From an uncultured delta proteobacterium (GTDB lineage: Bacteria > Myxococcota_A > Polyangia > Polyangiales > B10-G4): DNA of 64,000 nt. Both the position numbers and the translations under genes were made by a program. Positions 51,201 through 60,212 of the stretch are shown one piece after another (position 1 is the first letter of the stretch; each line of letters begins with the position of its first letter). Location of the stretch: the NCBI GenBank assembly GCA_963727445.1, contig CAVSGI010000010.1:640001-704000 (forward strand), read 5' to 3'. The notes under the pieces were generated by a model, which was not told the DNA's origin, did not search any database, and was given only the letters and a program-made list of their open reading frames with translations.

Positions 51201-52126
51201 TCAATCAGGCCAATCGCATGGGCCTCCAGGTGGACGGCCCGACTTTCTTCGCGAGCCCCACAGTCGCGGAAATGGCGGAAGGAGCCTGCGTACCGCGAGC
51301 CATGGCCGAAGAGGACGCGCGCTCCCTGGTGGTCCTCCAGCCTCGGGGCACCCGACCGCCTCTGTACTTCATGCATTCGACGCCCGGCGACCTGCTCGGC
51401 TACGGACCGTTGATCTACGCACTCGGCGTCGACCAGCCCTGCTACGGGCTGCAGTCGCACGGGCTCGGTGCTTCGGACGAGGCACACGAGTCGATCGAGG
51501 AGATGGCGCGTCACTACGCAGACCTCATCCTCCGCTTCCAGGCCGAGGGCCCGTACGTCCTGGTGGGCTGGTGTTTCGGTGGCCACGTCGCCCTCGAGAC
51601 GGCGCGAGCGCTCGGCCGGGCCGGCCGGCGAGTCGCGCCGGTCGTCCTGGTGGATGCCTTCCCGGCCATGGGACAGGCCGAACGGGCGCTGGCGAAGCTC
51701 CGGCGGGGCGCGACGTTGATCCGGCGAGGGCCCCGACGCTGGGTTACGCTGGGTCGGCGGCTCCTCTTTCGACCGCAGACCGACTACGACCGCGTGTTCG
51801 AGGTCGACATGGACGCGGGCGCTTTCGCGAATCGGCGACACGTCTACGAGACGAACATGCGAGCGATGGATGCGCACCGCACTCGGCACTACCACGGGTC
51901 CGCCTTGCTGATCCGCTGCAGCGAGTCGGACGACACCGTGACCGAGCGGGACTACGACTGGTCGCGCTTCATCGATGTGGTCGAGATCTTCGAGGTGGAC
52001 GCCACCCACGAGACCCTGCTCAAGGAACCCCACGCGACCGAAGTCGCGCGCTTCTTGCACGATTGGATCGGCAGAGCGTGCGAGCTAGAAACTCCACCGC
52101 AGAGTCTGACCGCTCGTCGTGGATGA
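48206..52126 (+). CDS. Monomodular NRPS C-A-PCP-TE
   Basis: C: PLSPMQ, HHILLDG, VGVLINTLP. A: YTSGSTGRPKG, NAYGPTE, YRTGD, QVKVRGYRIELGE, NGKVD. PCP: GGDSL. TE: GWCFGG. Start trimmed to ATG 48206. Confidence 0.95.
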   Translation: MGGLPLSPMQRSLLLDALRGGEQGVGVEQFVVFMPERVDAARLRTAFEGVLARHASLRCSFRWHDQLTQVVHDDVSLPFEQVTLSSDGGSEEVEHWLAADRRRGFSLDSAPLLRVALLTRRAEEHHLVFSFHHILLDGRSTLQVVREAFAAYDGGFDDDLPTEVVPFARHVEHLDSLEEGRSDAFFEALLEAFEGPTPLPFGARTEHASSGHRELSRIVPEERAARIAARAEELDLRSSSFFQAAWALMLGRHAEVQDVTFGGVRACRHSTVEGAESMVGVLINTLPVRARLDPEATVRDLVRDLRTQWVALREHENTPLSRIVGLVRDESADRLFDTLVMYEQYDLATELPALGGPWAPRRVRLLEHTGVPLSLSVYHQGRARLTIEYDTNCFDDAEVDALLDMLDALLAEMVEDPDRKLGTLVGLSPETRDRVLDLSAGPPLDTPVTDTVHAMLWARAGAADDAIAVSSDDAVEGLDYGTLRRRAHGFAARLCAEGVTRGQRVGLCTGRDVDFAVGLLGILEAGAAYVPLDPTYPPERLAFILEDASIALVVTTEQTRGVAESLGARALVVGDETSEESVGVEVDGEDIAYVIYTSGSTGRPKGVPIRHSSVVRHCLATSELYDLTAEDRIPQFASISFDIAVEEIFPTWSVGAELVLRPADVVDIAGFTRWLAKRGITVLQLPTAFFQQWVDALLSQGMSLPPTIRLVIVGGEAATLAAYRRFTSIAGPNTRWINAYGPTEATVTATTFEATGESLRDDPPIGKPIPGAFAYLLDQRSELVPFGVPGELYLGGKCLTPGYLNRPEQTEARFVENPIVTAGAPRRLYRTGDRARRLPTGDIAFLGRDDRQVKVRGYRIELGEVESALAVHPSVVSAAAKVWGEGANRRLVGYVSGSSVLDTGEIRCDLEGRVPSHLVPGRIVALDAMPRLPNGKVDYASLPLPADDAPKVDDDNRPRTLLEHMLLELWRETLGRRDIGIHDSFFASGGDSLAAIRLLNQANRMGLQVDGPTFFASPTVAEMAEGACVPRAMAEEDARSLVVLQPRGTRPPLYFMHSTPGDLLGYGPLIYALGVDQPCYGLQSHGLGASDEAHESIEEMARHYADLILRFQAEGPYVLVGWCFGGHVALETARALGRAGRRVAPVVLVDAFPAMGQAERALAKLRRGATLIRRGPRRWVTLGRRLLFRPQTDYDRVFEVDMDAGAFANRRHVYETNMRAMDAHRTRHYHGSALLIRCSESDDTVTERDYDWSRFIDVVEIFEVDATHETLLKEPHATEVARFLHDWIGRACELETPPQSLTARRG

Positions 52127-52187
52127 CGTCTCGGCAGCGTGAAGCCCTGGCGGTGGACATCGGCGCCGGGGTGCATAACTGGCTGAC

Positions 52188-52727
52188 ATGCGATCCATGC
52201 GCGGTTTTCCGATGCTCGCCCTCCTGATGGCGGCTTGTGGTGGGAGCGGGGACAGTACGCCCCCGAACACCGAGGTCCTCTCCTGGTCCCGCTCCACCTA
52301 CACGACCCTCGACAACCTCCAGCTGGGCGACGACGTCGGCGACGCGACGTCCGAGTCCCAGGTCCTCGTCATCTCCCCCCAGAAGCAGGGCATGTGTGAC
52401 TCCTCGTATGCGGACGTGCGCGTTCGCCTCGACGTAGACTACGGCGAGGTGAAAGAACAGATGGGCGACGACACCCACCTCGTTCCGCGACGCGTCAGCG
52501 CAACCGTCCTCGACAACGACATCTGGCTCATCGAAGGCAAGTGCGAGCCTCGGGTCCGCGTCCCGGAGGCGCCCGGCTTCGAGGACGAGGGAGTGCCGCG
52601 GGTCCTCCGTGCCGAGTGCGAGATCACGCTTCAGCACCATGACGACGCGCGCCTGGTGTCCATCGAGATCTCGGGCGACGAGAACCTCGAGGTCACCGCC
52701 GGCTTCGACGAAGTCCGGGTCGAGTGA
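52188..52727 (+). CDS. lipoprotein, hypothetical
   Basis: Lipobox AAC, 179 aa. Confidence 0.65.
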   Translation: MRSMRGFPMLALLMAACGGSGDSTPPNTEVLSWSRSTYTTLDNLQLGDDVGDATSESQVLVISPQKQGMCDSSYADVRVRLDVDYGEVKEQMGDDTHLVPRRVSATVLDNDIWLIEGKCEPRVRVPEAPGFEDEGVPRVLRAECEITLQHHDDARLVSIEISGDENLEVTAGFDEVRVE

Positions 52728-52728
52728 A

Positions 52729-53823
52729 TCACCCGAGCGAGGTGCGAATGGCCTTGGCCGCCGCGTCGTGCTCTTCCGCGAGCGCGGTGTCGCCCATGCC
52801 CGCGTAGGCTCGGGAGAGGAGCTCGTGAAGCGCGGCGTTGCCCGGCGCGCCCTCCACCGCATCGCGCGCGCGCTCCACGGCCGCTGCGAAGTTCCCCCGT
52901 TCGAGCTGCGCCTCGGCCTCCAGGCGGAGGGTCGCGACGTGAGAGATGAGCGCCTCGCGCGCCTCGACGAGCGGGTCTACGTCCCGAACGGTGACCACCG
53001 AGGCCCAGGCGCCGCGGAAGACCTTCTCGGCGACGCCGCCGAAAGTGGCGGGCAGGAGCCTGTCGAAGCTGCCACTTCCGAGGACGACCAGGTGGGCGTC
53101 ATGAGTCGCCTCGAGGATGCGCGAAACCGGACGGCCTCCGAGCACCTCGAGCTGAACGTTGACGCCGGTGTCGTCGTGACCGGCGACGAGGTTCTGGAGC
53201 GCCTCGCGAACGCGGTCTTCGATGCGGTCGGCCGCCCGGTCCAGACGCTGTCCCCCGTAGTAGAGCGCCCCGTCGGTGGGTATGACGGTGACGACCCGGT
53301 AGGGCGCGTGAAAGAGGCGGGCCATTCGAAGCCCGACCTGGAAGGCCATGTGGGACTGGGGCGAGAGGTCGACGGGACAGACGATCGGCTGGTCGTCGGC
53401 GGGAAAGGTCCCGCGAGCGACGAAGACCGGTCGCCGCGAGTGGCGGACGATGCGTTCGGCCACGCTCCCTGCGAACCACTGGCGGATCGTCTGGGGCTGG
53501 CCGCCGCCGACCACGAGCATCTGCGCCCCCGACGTCGACGCTGCGCGCAGGACGAGCTCCGCGGGCTCCCAGGGCTCGACCACCGGCTCGATCACGGTCG
53601 TACCTTCGTCGATCGCTGGGGCGAAATAGGAGAGGATCTCGGCGCGAGCCCTTTCGGCGTCGCGCGGATCCACCACGTGCAGGCGGCCCGAAGGGACCGC
53701 GTGAACGGGCAGGATGGGGGCGTGGGTCAGCAGCGCCAGTCGAGTAGCCGCCTCGACCACGTCGGCAGAGGAAGAATCGAGTGCGATGGCCGCAACGATG
53801 GGTCCGGTGTCGAGGTCGCTCAT
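52729..53823 (-). CDS. Tandem universal stress protein with C-terminal TPR
   Basis: Two USP domains (LVVGG..GSVAERIVRHS.RPV; IVCPVDLS..LVVLGS..GGVAEKV) and a TPR-like tail. Confidence 0.85.
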   Translation of the reverse strand: MSDLDTGPIVAAIALDSSSADVVEAATRLALLTHAPILPVHAVPSGRLHVVDPRDAERARAEILSYFAPAIDEGTTVIEPVVEPWEPAELVLRAASTSGAQMLVVGGGQPQTIRQWFAGSVAERIVRHSRRPVFVARGTFPADDQPIVCPVDLSPQSHMAFQVGLRMARLFHAPYRVVTVIPTDGALYYGGQRLDRAADRIEDRVREALQNLVAGHDDTGVNVQLEVLGGRPVSRILEATHDAHLVVLGSGSFDRLLPATFGGVAEKVFRGAWASVVTVRDVDPLVEAREALISHVATLRLEAEAQLERGNFAAAVERARDAVEGAPGNAALHELLSRAYAGMGDTALAEEHDAAAKAIRTSLG

Positions 53824-53841
53824 GCTCGTGACCTACGCACC

Positions 53842-53857
53842 GGCGTGACCGATGCCA
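53842..53857 (-). promoter_or_regulatory. possible sigma-54 (-24/-12) promoter of the USP gene
   Basis: Minus strand TGGCATCGGTCACGC = GG-N10-GC, about 20 nt before ATG 53823; the -12 box is imperfect. Confidence 0.4.
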
Positions 53858-53933
53858 GTCGTGCACGAAGGGATCGACGACATGTTGCTCGACTCGATCT
53901 GGTGCGGGGGCTAGGCTCGGGCCCGACGATTCG

Positions 53934-56804
53934 ATGACGGGCCACCTCGTTGCTTCCGCGCCGAACGGGCCCGACTCGCTGTCGAAGGCCATCGAAGCCG
54001 CGGCTCGCCTGCTGCCGGCCCAGGGCCCGATCGGGATCTTCGTCCACCACAACACGCTGCACGCGTTCGAGCACCTTCCCTTCGAGCAGGCCGTCGTCGA
54101 GGCGGGCGCGCTCCTCGGCTGTGAGCCGTTCCTCTCGGAGGCGCGCTACCTCGAGGAGCTCGCTCGCGGGCGGATCGCGGTCACCGACATCGAGACCGTG
54201 GTTTCAGAGGCGCTGGGCACGGACGCCGAAACGCCCGTGATCGCGGACATGAGTCGGCGGGAGCTCTACGAACGGATCCTCGCCGGTGGAATCCCCGAAG
54301 CGGGCGCGCACGAGACGGCGTGGTTGGTGAGGGAAGGCGACGCATTGCGTGCGCCGGGCGCGCGGATGCTCTTCGATGCGTGCGAGGCGGTCGTCGACCG
54401 TGCCGCGCCCGTTCCTCCGCACGGCGATCCGCCGCGGGTGCGGATGCGCGATCGACTGCTCGAAGCGACCGGCTTCGACACCGACGAGCTCGTGCACCCA
54501 CTCCTCATCCGGCTCTGCGGCGCAGTGCTGGATCAAGGCATCGCGTCCTTCGTCATGCCGGCACGTGAGCGCGGGTTATTCGAGGCGTTCGTCGAGCTCT
54601 TCTCGACCGAGCCCGCGCCGCACGGCGACCCGTGGATGCGCGAGCTCGCCCGGCTCGCACGAGAGGAGCGCGATTGTGGACGCGATGCGACCGCGTCGCT
54701 GGTCCGTTCGCTCGCCGCGCTCTCCGTTCGCGACGACGAGCAACACCGATTCATCGTGGAGACCGCGCTCGCGCTCCGGGGCTGGGCGGGCATGGTGCGA
54801 CAGGTCGAGGAGCGCCCCGATCGCGTTCCTTCACATGCGCCCGCGGTGTCGCTGCGATCATTCCTCGCTGTGCGGCTCCTCGCCGAACGGGCTGCGCTCA
54901 CCTACGTCGCGCGCACGGAGCTCGGGCACGACGGCCCGCTCACCACGCTCCAAGAGCGGCTGCCCGAGCGTCCGGCTGCGCCCGAGCGCGCGCCGATCCA
55001 GCGGGCGTGGGCGCTTTTCTGCGCGGCGACGCACCTCGAGCTGGCGGCCGAAGACCTCGCGGGTGAAGACGGCGCTCGCCTGCTGTCCGAGGTCGAGTCT
55101 CTCTCCTCGCTGGAACGGCGGCGGCTCCTTCACCTCGCCTACGAGCGGCGACACCTTCGCGAGGTGCTCGACGCGATGGCACGGCACCAGCGCTCCTCGG
55201 CCGAGCAACCCTCGTTCCAGGCCGTCTTCTGTATCGACGATCGCGAGGAGTCGCTGCGAAGGCACGTCGAGGAGGTCGCGCCAGCGTGCGAAACCCTGGG
55301 GGCAGCCGGATTCTTCGGTGTGGCGATGTACTTTCGGGGCATCGCCGATGCACACGCGCGGGCGCTCTGCCCGATCGTCGTGACGCCCGAGCACGAGGTC
55401 GTCGAGGTGGCCATCGACGAGAGCTCGCTCTCGTCGCTGCGGCGGAGCGTGGGGCGCGGCGTGGGTCACGTCTCTCACGGCATCGCCGTCGGGAGTCGCA
55501 CCTTCGTGCGCGGCACGCTGATCAGCGCGCTCGCGGGGGCGTTGATGAGCGTTCCGCTCGTCATGAGGGTGCTCTTTCCGCGACTCTCGGCGCGGCTCTC
55601 GCGTCGGGGTGCAGAGCTCACCAAGCCCTCGAGCCGCACGCGGCTGGCGATCGAGCGGCGCGACGTAGCACCGTCGCTCGGACGCTGGTCCGGGTACACG
55701 CACCAGGAGATGGCCCAGATCGTCCGCGGGCAGCTCGAAACGATGGGCCTGTCGGGCCGGCTCGCCGATCTCGTGCTCGTCGTCGGTCACGGCTCGTCCA
55801 GCCTCAACAACCCGCACGAGTCGGCCCACGACTGCGGCGCGTGCGCAGGCGGGCGTGGCGGTCCGAACGCGCGCGCCTTCGCACAGATGGCGAACGACAC
55901 CGAGGTGCGGGCGCTCGTCGCACAGACCGGGCTCGCCATCCCCGAGACGACCTGGTTCGTCGGCGCGGAGCACAACACCTGCGACGACGAGGTGACCTTC
56001 TTCGATGCGGATCTCGTCCCTGCGCGTCTCTCTGCGCCGTTGGAGCGCGCAGCAGCGGCGATGCGAGAAGCGGCGCGCCGAGACGCGCACGAGCGCTGCC
56101 GCCGGTTCGACAACGCCCCTCTCTGGCTCCCGCCCGAGCTCGCGAAGAGGCACGTGGAGGGGCGCGCGGTCGATCTCGCGCAGCCGCGCCCGGAGTACGG
56201 CCACGCGACCAACGCGGTCTGCGTGGTTGGCCGGCGCGGGCGGACGCGCGGACTCTTCCTCGATCGCCGCGCGTTCCTGGTGTCCTACGATCCGGCGCAG
56301 GACGACGACGAAGGCACCGTGCTCGCCCGCCTGCTCGGCGCCGCGGTGCCGGTCGTCGCGGGGATCAACCTCGAGTACTACTTCGGGTATGTCGACCCGA
56401 CCGGCTACGGCTCGGGAACCAAGCTCCCGCACAACGTGACCGGGCTCCTCGGCGTGATGGACGGCCACCAGAGCGACCTCCGCACCGGCCTCCCGTGGCA
56501 GATGCTCGAGATCCACGAGCCGGTGCGACTCCTGCTCGTCATCGAGGCGCCCCGCGATCGCGTGGCGGCCGTGCTCGCCGCGAGCCCTGCGCTCGCGCAG
56601 CTCGTCGACAACCGCTGGGTCCGGCTCGCGGTGCTCGACCCCGAGAGCTCGGAGGTCGAGGTGTATGAACGGGGCATCTACCGCCGATACGAGCCTCACT
56701 CCGCCGAGCTGTCGATCACGGCGTCGTCTCGGCAGTGGTATGGCAACGAGCGGGGCCCCGTGCCGCCCGCCGCGATCTCCACCGGAGCCGGGGTCGCGCG
56801 ATGA
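53934..56804 (+). CDS. dabA: DUF2309/UPF0753 inorganic carbon transporter subunit DabA
   Basis: QGPI..FVHHNTLHAFE, FCIDDREES, GHGS, HDCGAC (Zn ligands C, D, H, C), RPEYGHATNA, INLEYYF, GSGTKLPHNV. Confidence 0.93.
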   Translation: MTGHLVASAPNGPDSLSKAIEAAARLLPAQGPIGIFVHHNTLHAFEHLPFEQAVVEAGALLGCEPFLSEARYLEELARGRIAVTDIETVVSEALGTDAETPVIADMSRRELYERILAGGIPEAGAHETAWLVREGDALRAPGARMLFDACEAVVDRAAPVPPHGDPPRVRMRDRLLEATGFDTDELVHPLLIRLCGAVLDQGIASFVMPARERGLFEAFVELFSTEPAPHGDPWMRELARLAREERDCGRDATASLVRSLAALSVRDDEQHRFIVETALALRGWAGMVRQVEERPDRVPSHAPAVSLRSFLAVRLLAERAALTYVARTELGHDGPLTTLQERLPERPAAPERAPIQRAWALFCAATHLELAAEDLAGEDGARLLSEVESLSSLERRRLLHLAYERRHLREVLDAMARHQRSSAEQPSFQAVFCIDDREESLRRHVEEVAPACETLGAAGFFGVAMYFRGIADAHARALCPIVVTPEHEVVEVAIDESSLSSLRRSVGRGVGHVSHGIAVGSRTFVRGTLISALAGALMSVPLVMRVLFPRLSARLSRRGAELTKPSSRTRLAIERRDVAPSLGRWSGYTHQEMAQIVRGQLETMGLSGRLADLVLVVGHGSSSLNNPHESAHDCGACAGGRGGPNARAFAQMANDTEVRALVAQTGLAIPETTWFVGAEHNTCDDEVTFFDADLVPARLSAPLERAAAAMREAARRDAHERCRRFDNAPLWLPPELAKRHVEGRAVDLAQPRPEYGHATNAVCVVGRRGRTRGLFLDRRAFLVSYDPAQDDDEGTVLARLLGAAVPVVAGINLEYYFGYVDPTGYGSGTKLPHNVTGLLGVMDGHQSDLRTGLPWQMLEIHEPVRLLLVIEAPRDRVAAVLAASPALAQLVDNRWVRLAVLDPESSEVEVYERGIYRRYEPHSAELSITASSRQWYGNERGPVPPAAISTGAGVAR

Positions 56805-58180
56805 GCTTTGGAGCATGGTCGCTCGAGCGGCTCGTCCTCGCCGGCCTCGCGCTGCCCTACGCCCTCCTCCTCGTGCTCGGCGTAGCCTCGCTGCTCGGGA
56901 GGCCGATTCGCGAGGCCGTCACCGGATACCTCGCCCCCCTCTCCTTCGGCGGCTCCTTCGCGGCGTTCGTGCTCGCGTGGCCCGCGCTCGTCGCGACGCC
57001 CGGGCAACGGATCCTGCTCTCGACAAGCTCCTGGTTCCCCGCAGAGGACGCCGGCCTTCAGATCGCGCTGGTAGCCGATCCGCTCGCGCTCTGGCTCGCG
57101 ACGCTCTCCATGGGTGTGTGCGGCGTCATTGCGGCGTTCTCGCATCGCTACCTGCACGATGATCCTGGCTACAATCGCTACTTCGTCCAACTCTCGGTGT
57201 TCGCGGGCGGGCTCCTGCTGGTGGTGCTCTCCGCCAGCATCGAGGTGCTCTTCGCTGGATGGGAGCTCCTCGGCCTCTCCTCCGCGCTCCTCGCCGGCTT
57301 CTTCCACGACCGGCCGCTGCCGGTGAAGAACGCGCTCTACGTCTTCGGGGTGTACCGCGTGGGGGACGCGGCGATGCTCACCGCAGCCGTCCTCGTCCAT
57401 CACTACGTCGGGAGCGGGAACCTCGCGCTCGTCTTCGGCGCAGACGCAGCACTCTCCACCGGCCAGGCGACCGTCGTCGGTGCGCTCTTGCTCGTAGCGG
57501 CTGCGGCGAAGTGCGCGCAGCTACCTTTCTCGAACTGGCTACCCCGCGCGATGGAGGGGCCGACGCCATCGAGTGCGGTGCTCTACGGCGCACTCTCGGT
57601 CCATGCGGGGGCGTTCCTGCTCCTCCGTGCCGCCCCGATCCTGGATCGGAGCCCGATCATCGCGGTCGCGCTCGGCCTCCTCGCCGCGACGACAGCCGTG
57701 TACGCGACGATCACCGGTCGCGCCCAGACCGACGTGAAGAGCGCGCTCGCTTTCGCCTCGCTCACACAGGTGTCGATCATCCTCGTGGAGATCGCGTTCG
57801 GCCTGAGGATCCTCGCGATGGTGCACATGACCGGGCATGCGCTGCTCCGGACGCTTCAGTTTCTGCGCGCGCCATCGATCCTCCACGAGGTGCACGAGCT
57901 GGAGAACGCGATCGGCGCCCATCTCGGGCACGTCGGCGTTCACCCCGAGGCGCGCCTCGGATCGCGCCGGCGACGATGGCTCTACCGGTTCGCGCTCGAG
58001 CGCGGCCACGTCGACGGTTGGCTCCGGCTGGCCATCATCGGCCCATTCATCGCCGTGTTCCGCGCCCTCGATGCGCTCGACCGGCGCGTGTGCGACGTCC
58101 TCGCGCACCGAAGCCTCGAAACAGCGGAGTACGAAGGAACCGATGAGCCGCGAGAGGAGAGTCGCCGTGCTCGACCTTGA
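56801..58180 (+). CDS. dabB: NuoL/ND5-like proton-conducting membrane subunit DabB
   Basis: ATGA overlap with dabA; GWELLGLSS, YRVGD, KCAQLPFSNWLPRAMEGPTPSSA, GHALLR. Confidence 0.88.
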   Translation: MSFGAWSLERLVLAGLALPYALLLVLGVASLLGRPIREAVTGYLAPLSFGGSFAAFVLAWPALVATPGQRILLSTSSWFPAEDAGLQIALVADPLALWLATLSMGVCGVIAAFSHRYLHDDPGYNRYFVQLSVFAGGLLLVVLSASIEVLFAGWELLGLSSALLAGFFHDRPLPVKNALYVFGVYRVGDAAMLTAAVLVHHYVGSGNLALVFGADAALSTGQATVVGALLLVAAAAKCAQLPFSNWLPRAMEGPTPSSAVLYGALSVHAGAFLLLRAAPILDRSPIIAVALGLLAATTAVYATITGRAQTDVKSALAFASLTQVSIILVEIAFGLRILAMVHMTGHALLRTLQFLRAPSILHEVHELENAIGAHLGHVGVHPEARLGSRRRRWLYRFALERGHVDGWLRLAIIGPFIAVFRALDALDRRVCDVLAHRSLETAEYEGTDEPREESRRARP

Positions 58181-59327
58181 TCCGCTCTCGATGGTGCTCC
58201 TGCCCTTCGTGGGGCTCATCTCGGCGGCGGTGTTGATCGCGCGTCCGAAGAGCGCCCGCGAGAAGGGCTCTCTTCCTCGCGCGCTGCTCGGGCTCGCCCT
58301 GCTGCTCGCGCTGTTCGCCTCGCGAGATCCCCTCGTCATCGCCGCTCTGTGGACCGCGACGATCGCTCCCCTGCTCGTCGAGCTCCACCTCCACGGCGAG
58401 CGCGGCGCGTTTCGCGTCGCCGCGATCTACCTCGGCGCGAGCGCGGTATTCGTCGTGGTGGGCGCAGTCCTCATCGTCTTCGTCCCCGAAGCGCGCGGCA
58501 CGGGTGCGCTCGTCGTGCTCCTCGGTGCGATGGTGCGCAAGGGCATCTTCCCGTTTCAGAGCTGGGTCCCCGAAGTGTTCGAACGAGGGCCCTGGGGAGC
58601 CGCGCTCACATTCACCGCGCCGCAGGCTGCTGCCTATACGGTCGTGCGGCTGGTCGTACCTCACGCCTCGACCGAGGTGCTCGCCATCGTCGGCGTTTCG
58701 GCGCTCTTCACCGCGGTCTACGGCGGCGGCGTGGCGCTCGTGCAGCGCAATGCGCGACGCGCGTTCGGCTACCTCTTCATGAGCCAGTCGTCGCTCGTGA
58801 TGGCGGGGCTCGACTGCGTGTCCGTCGAGAGCCTCGCGGGCGCGCTCACCACGTGGGTCTCCTCAGGGCTCGCGCTCACGGGGCTGGGGCTCGCGATGTG
58901 GATGCTCGAGGTGCGGAGCGGGAAGCTCCGGCTCGATCGTTTTCGCGGCGGCTACGAGAACAAGCCGGGCCTCGCCGTCGGCTTCCTTCTCCTCGGGCTC
59001 GCGGTGGTCGGTTTTCCGGGCACGCTCGGCTTCGTCGCCGAGGAGCTCCTGATCGACGGAACCGTCTCGCGCTTCCCACACATCGGGTTCGCCACTGCGG
59101 TGGCGACCGCCCTCGGAGGGATCTGCGTCCTGCGGATGTACTTCGCGCTCTTCTGCGGCCGGGCCACCCAGCGCATGCCCCTTCGACTGCGGAGGCGCGA
59201 GCTCCTCGCGGTGATGCAGCTCGCCGTGATCCTCGTCGCGCTGGGCCTCGCGCCCTCACCACTGGTGGCGCTCCACACCGACACCGCCGAGCGCCTTCTC
59301 GAGAGGCGGGCTATGCTCTCGAGATGA
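58143..59327 (+). CDS. Second NuoM/ND4-like (Mrp-antiporter family) membrane subunit
   Basis: RKGIFPFQSW, GFPGTLGFVAEELL; many TM helices; overlaps the dabB 3' end. Confidence 0.8.
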   Translation: MSRERRVAVLDLDPLSMVLLPFVGLISAAVLIARPKSAREKGSLPRALLGLALLLALFASRDPLVIAALWTATIAPLLVELHLHGERGAFRVAAIYLGASAVFVVVGAVLIVFVPEARGTGALVVLLGAMVRKGIFPFQSWVPEVFERGPWGAALTFTAPQAAAYTVVRLVVPHASTEVLAIVGVSALFTAVYGGGVALVQRNARRAFGYLFMSQSSLVMAGLDCVSVESLAGALTTWVSSGLALTGLGLAMWMLEVRSGKLRLDRFRGGYENKPGLAVGFLLLGLAVVGFPGTLGFVAEELLIDGTVSRFPHIGFATAVATALGGICVLRMYFALFCGRATQRMPLRLRRRELLAVMQLAVILVALGLAPSPLVALHTDTAERLLERRAMLSR

Positions 59328-60160
59328 CTTTTCGAGGACGAGTCGTCGCGATCACCGGCGGTGCTTCTGGTATCGGCAGGGCGCTCGCGGTCGAGCTCGC
59401 GCGCCGTGGTGCCGACGTCGCCATCTGTGACGTCGACGAAGACGGGCTCGCCGAGACCGCCAGGCTGGTCCGAGCACAGGGCCGCCGAGCGACGACGCAC
59501 CGCGTGGATGTCGCGGAGCGCGACGCGGTGTACGCGTTCAAGGACGCTGTACTCGACGAACACGGCCGCGCCGACGCAATCGTCAACAACGCAGGCGTCG
59601 CGGTCACCGACACCGTCGTGGACTCGACCTACGAGGACCTCGAGTGGATCGTGGGGATCAACCTCTGGGGAGTGATCTACGGGACCAAAGCGTTTCTGCC
59701 GCATCTGATCGAGCAGAAGGACGGCTGGGTGGTGAACATCAGCAGCGTCTTCGGACTCATGGCGTTCCCCAACCAGTCCGCTTACAACGTGACCAAGTTC
59801 GGCGTTCGCGGCTGGACCGAGGCGCTGCGCCAGGAGCTCGGAGGCACGGGCGTCACCGCCATTTCGGTGCACCCGGGAGGCATCCGCACGAACATCGTCC
59901 GCGGCGGGCGCTTTCGCCGGGTGCACGACGGATCCGTGGATGCAGACGAGGCGATCCAGCAGTTCGATGCGCGCTTGGCCCGAACCACCCCGGAGCAGGC
60001 GGGGCGCATCATCGCCGACGGGATGGAGCGAAGAGACCCGCGCATCCTGGTCGGCCCCGACGCACACCTGATCGATCGCTTGGTTCGCCTCCTCCCGGTG
60101 CGCTACACGGACCTCGTCGAACGCGCGCTCGCGAGCCAGCGGCGGAAGAGCAAGCGCTGA
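59324..60160 (+). CDS. Short-chain dehydrogenase/reductase
   Basis: TGGASGIG, NNAG, SS..YNVTK, VHPGGIRT; ATG 59324. Confidence 0.92.
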   Translation: MTFRGRVVAITGGASGIGRALAVELARRGADVAICDVDEDGLAETARLVRAQGRRATTHRVDVAERDAVYAFKDAVLDEHGRADAIVNNAGVAVTDTVVDSTYEDLEWIVGINLWGVIYGTKAFLPHLIEQKDGWVVNISSVFGLMAFPNQSAYNVTKFGVRGWTEALRQELGGTGVTAISVHPGGIRTNIVRGGRFRRVHDGSVDADEAIQQFDARLARTTPEQAGRIIADGMERRDPRILVGPDAHLIDRLVRLLPVRYTDLVERALASQRRKSKR

Positions 60161-60212
60161 GCGGGGACCGCGGCGTTTCATTCGGGCCCCCCGAGGGGTA
60201 ATGTCGCGTGCC

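Noticed and set aside
6214..52126. PKS and NRPS as one hybrid cluster
   Set aside because: They are about 33 kb apart, separated by unrelated genes, and each has its own release domain (R, TE).
56801..59327. Respiratory complex I (nuoL/nuoM) or Mrp operon
   Set aside because: No other nuo or mrp genes; coupling to DUF2309 indicates a DAB-type transporter.
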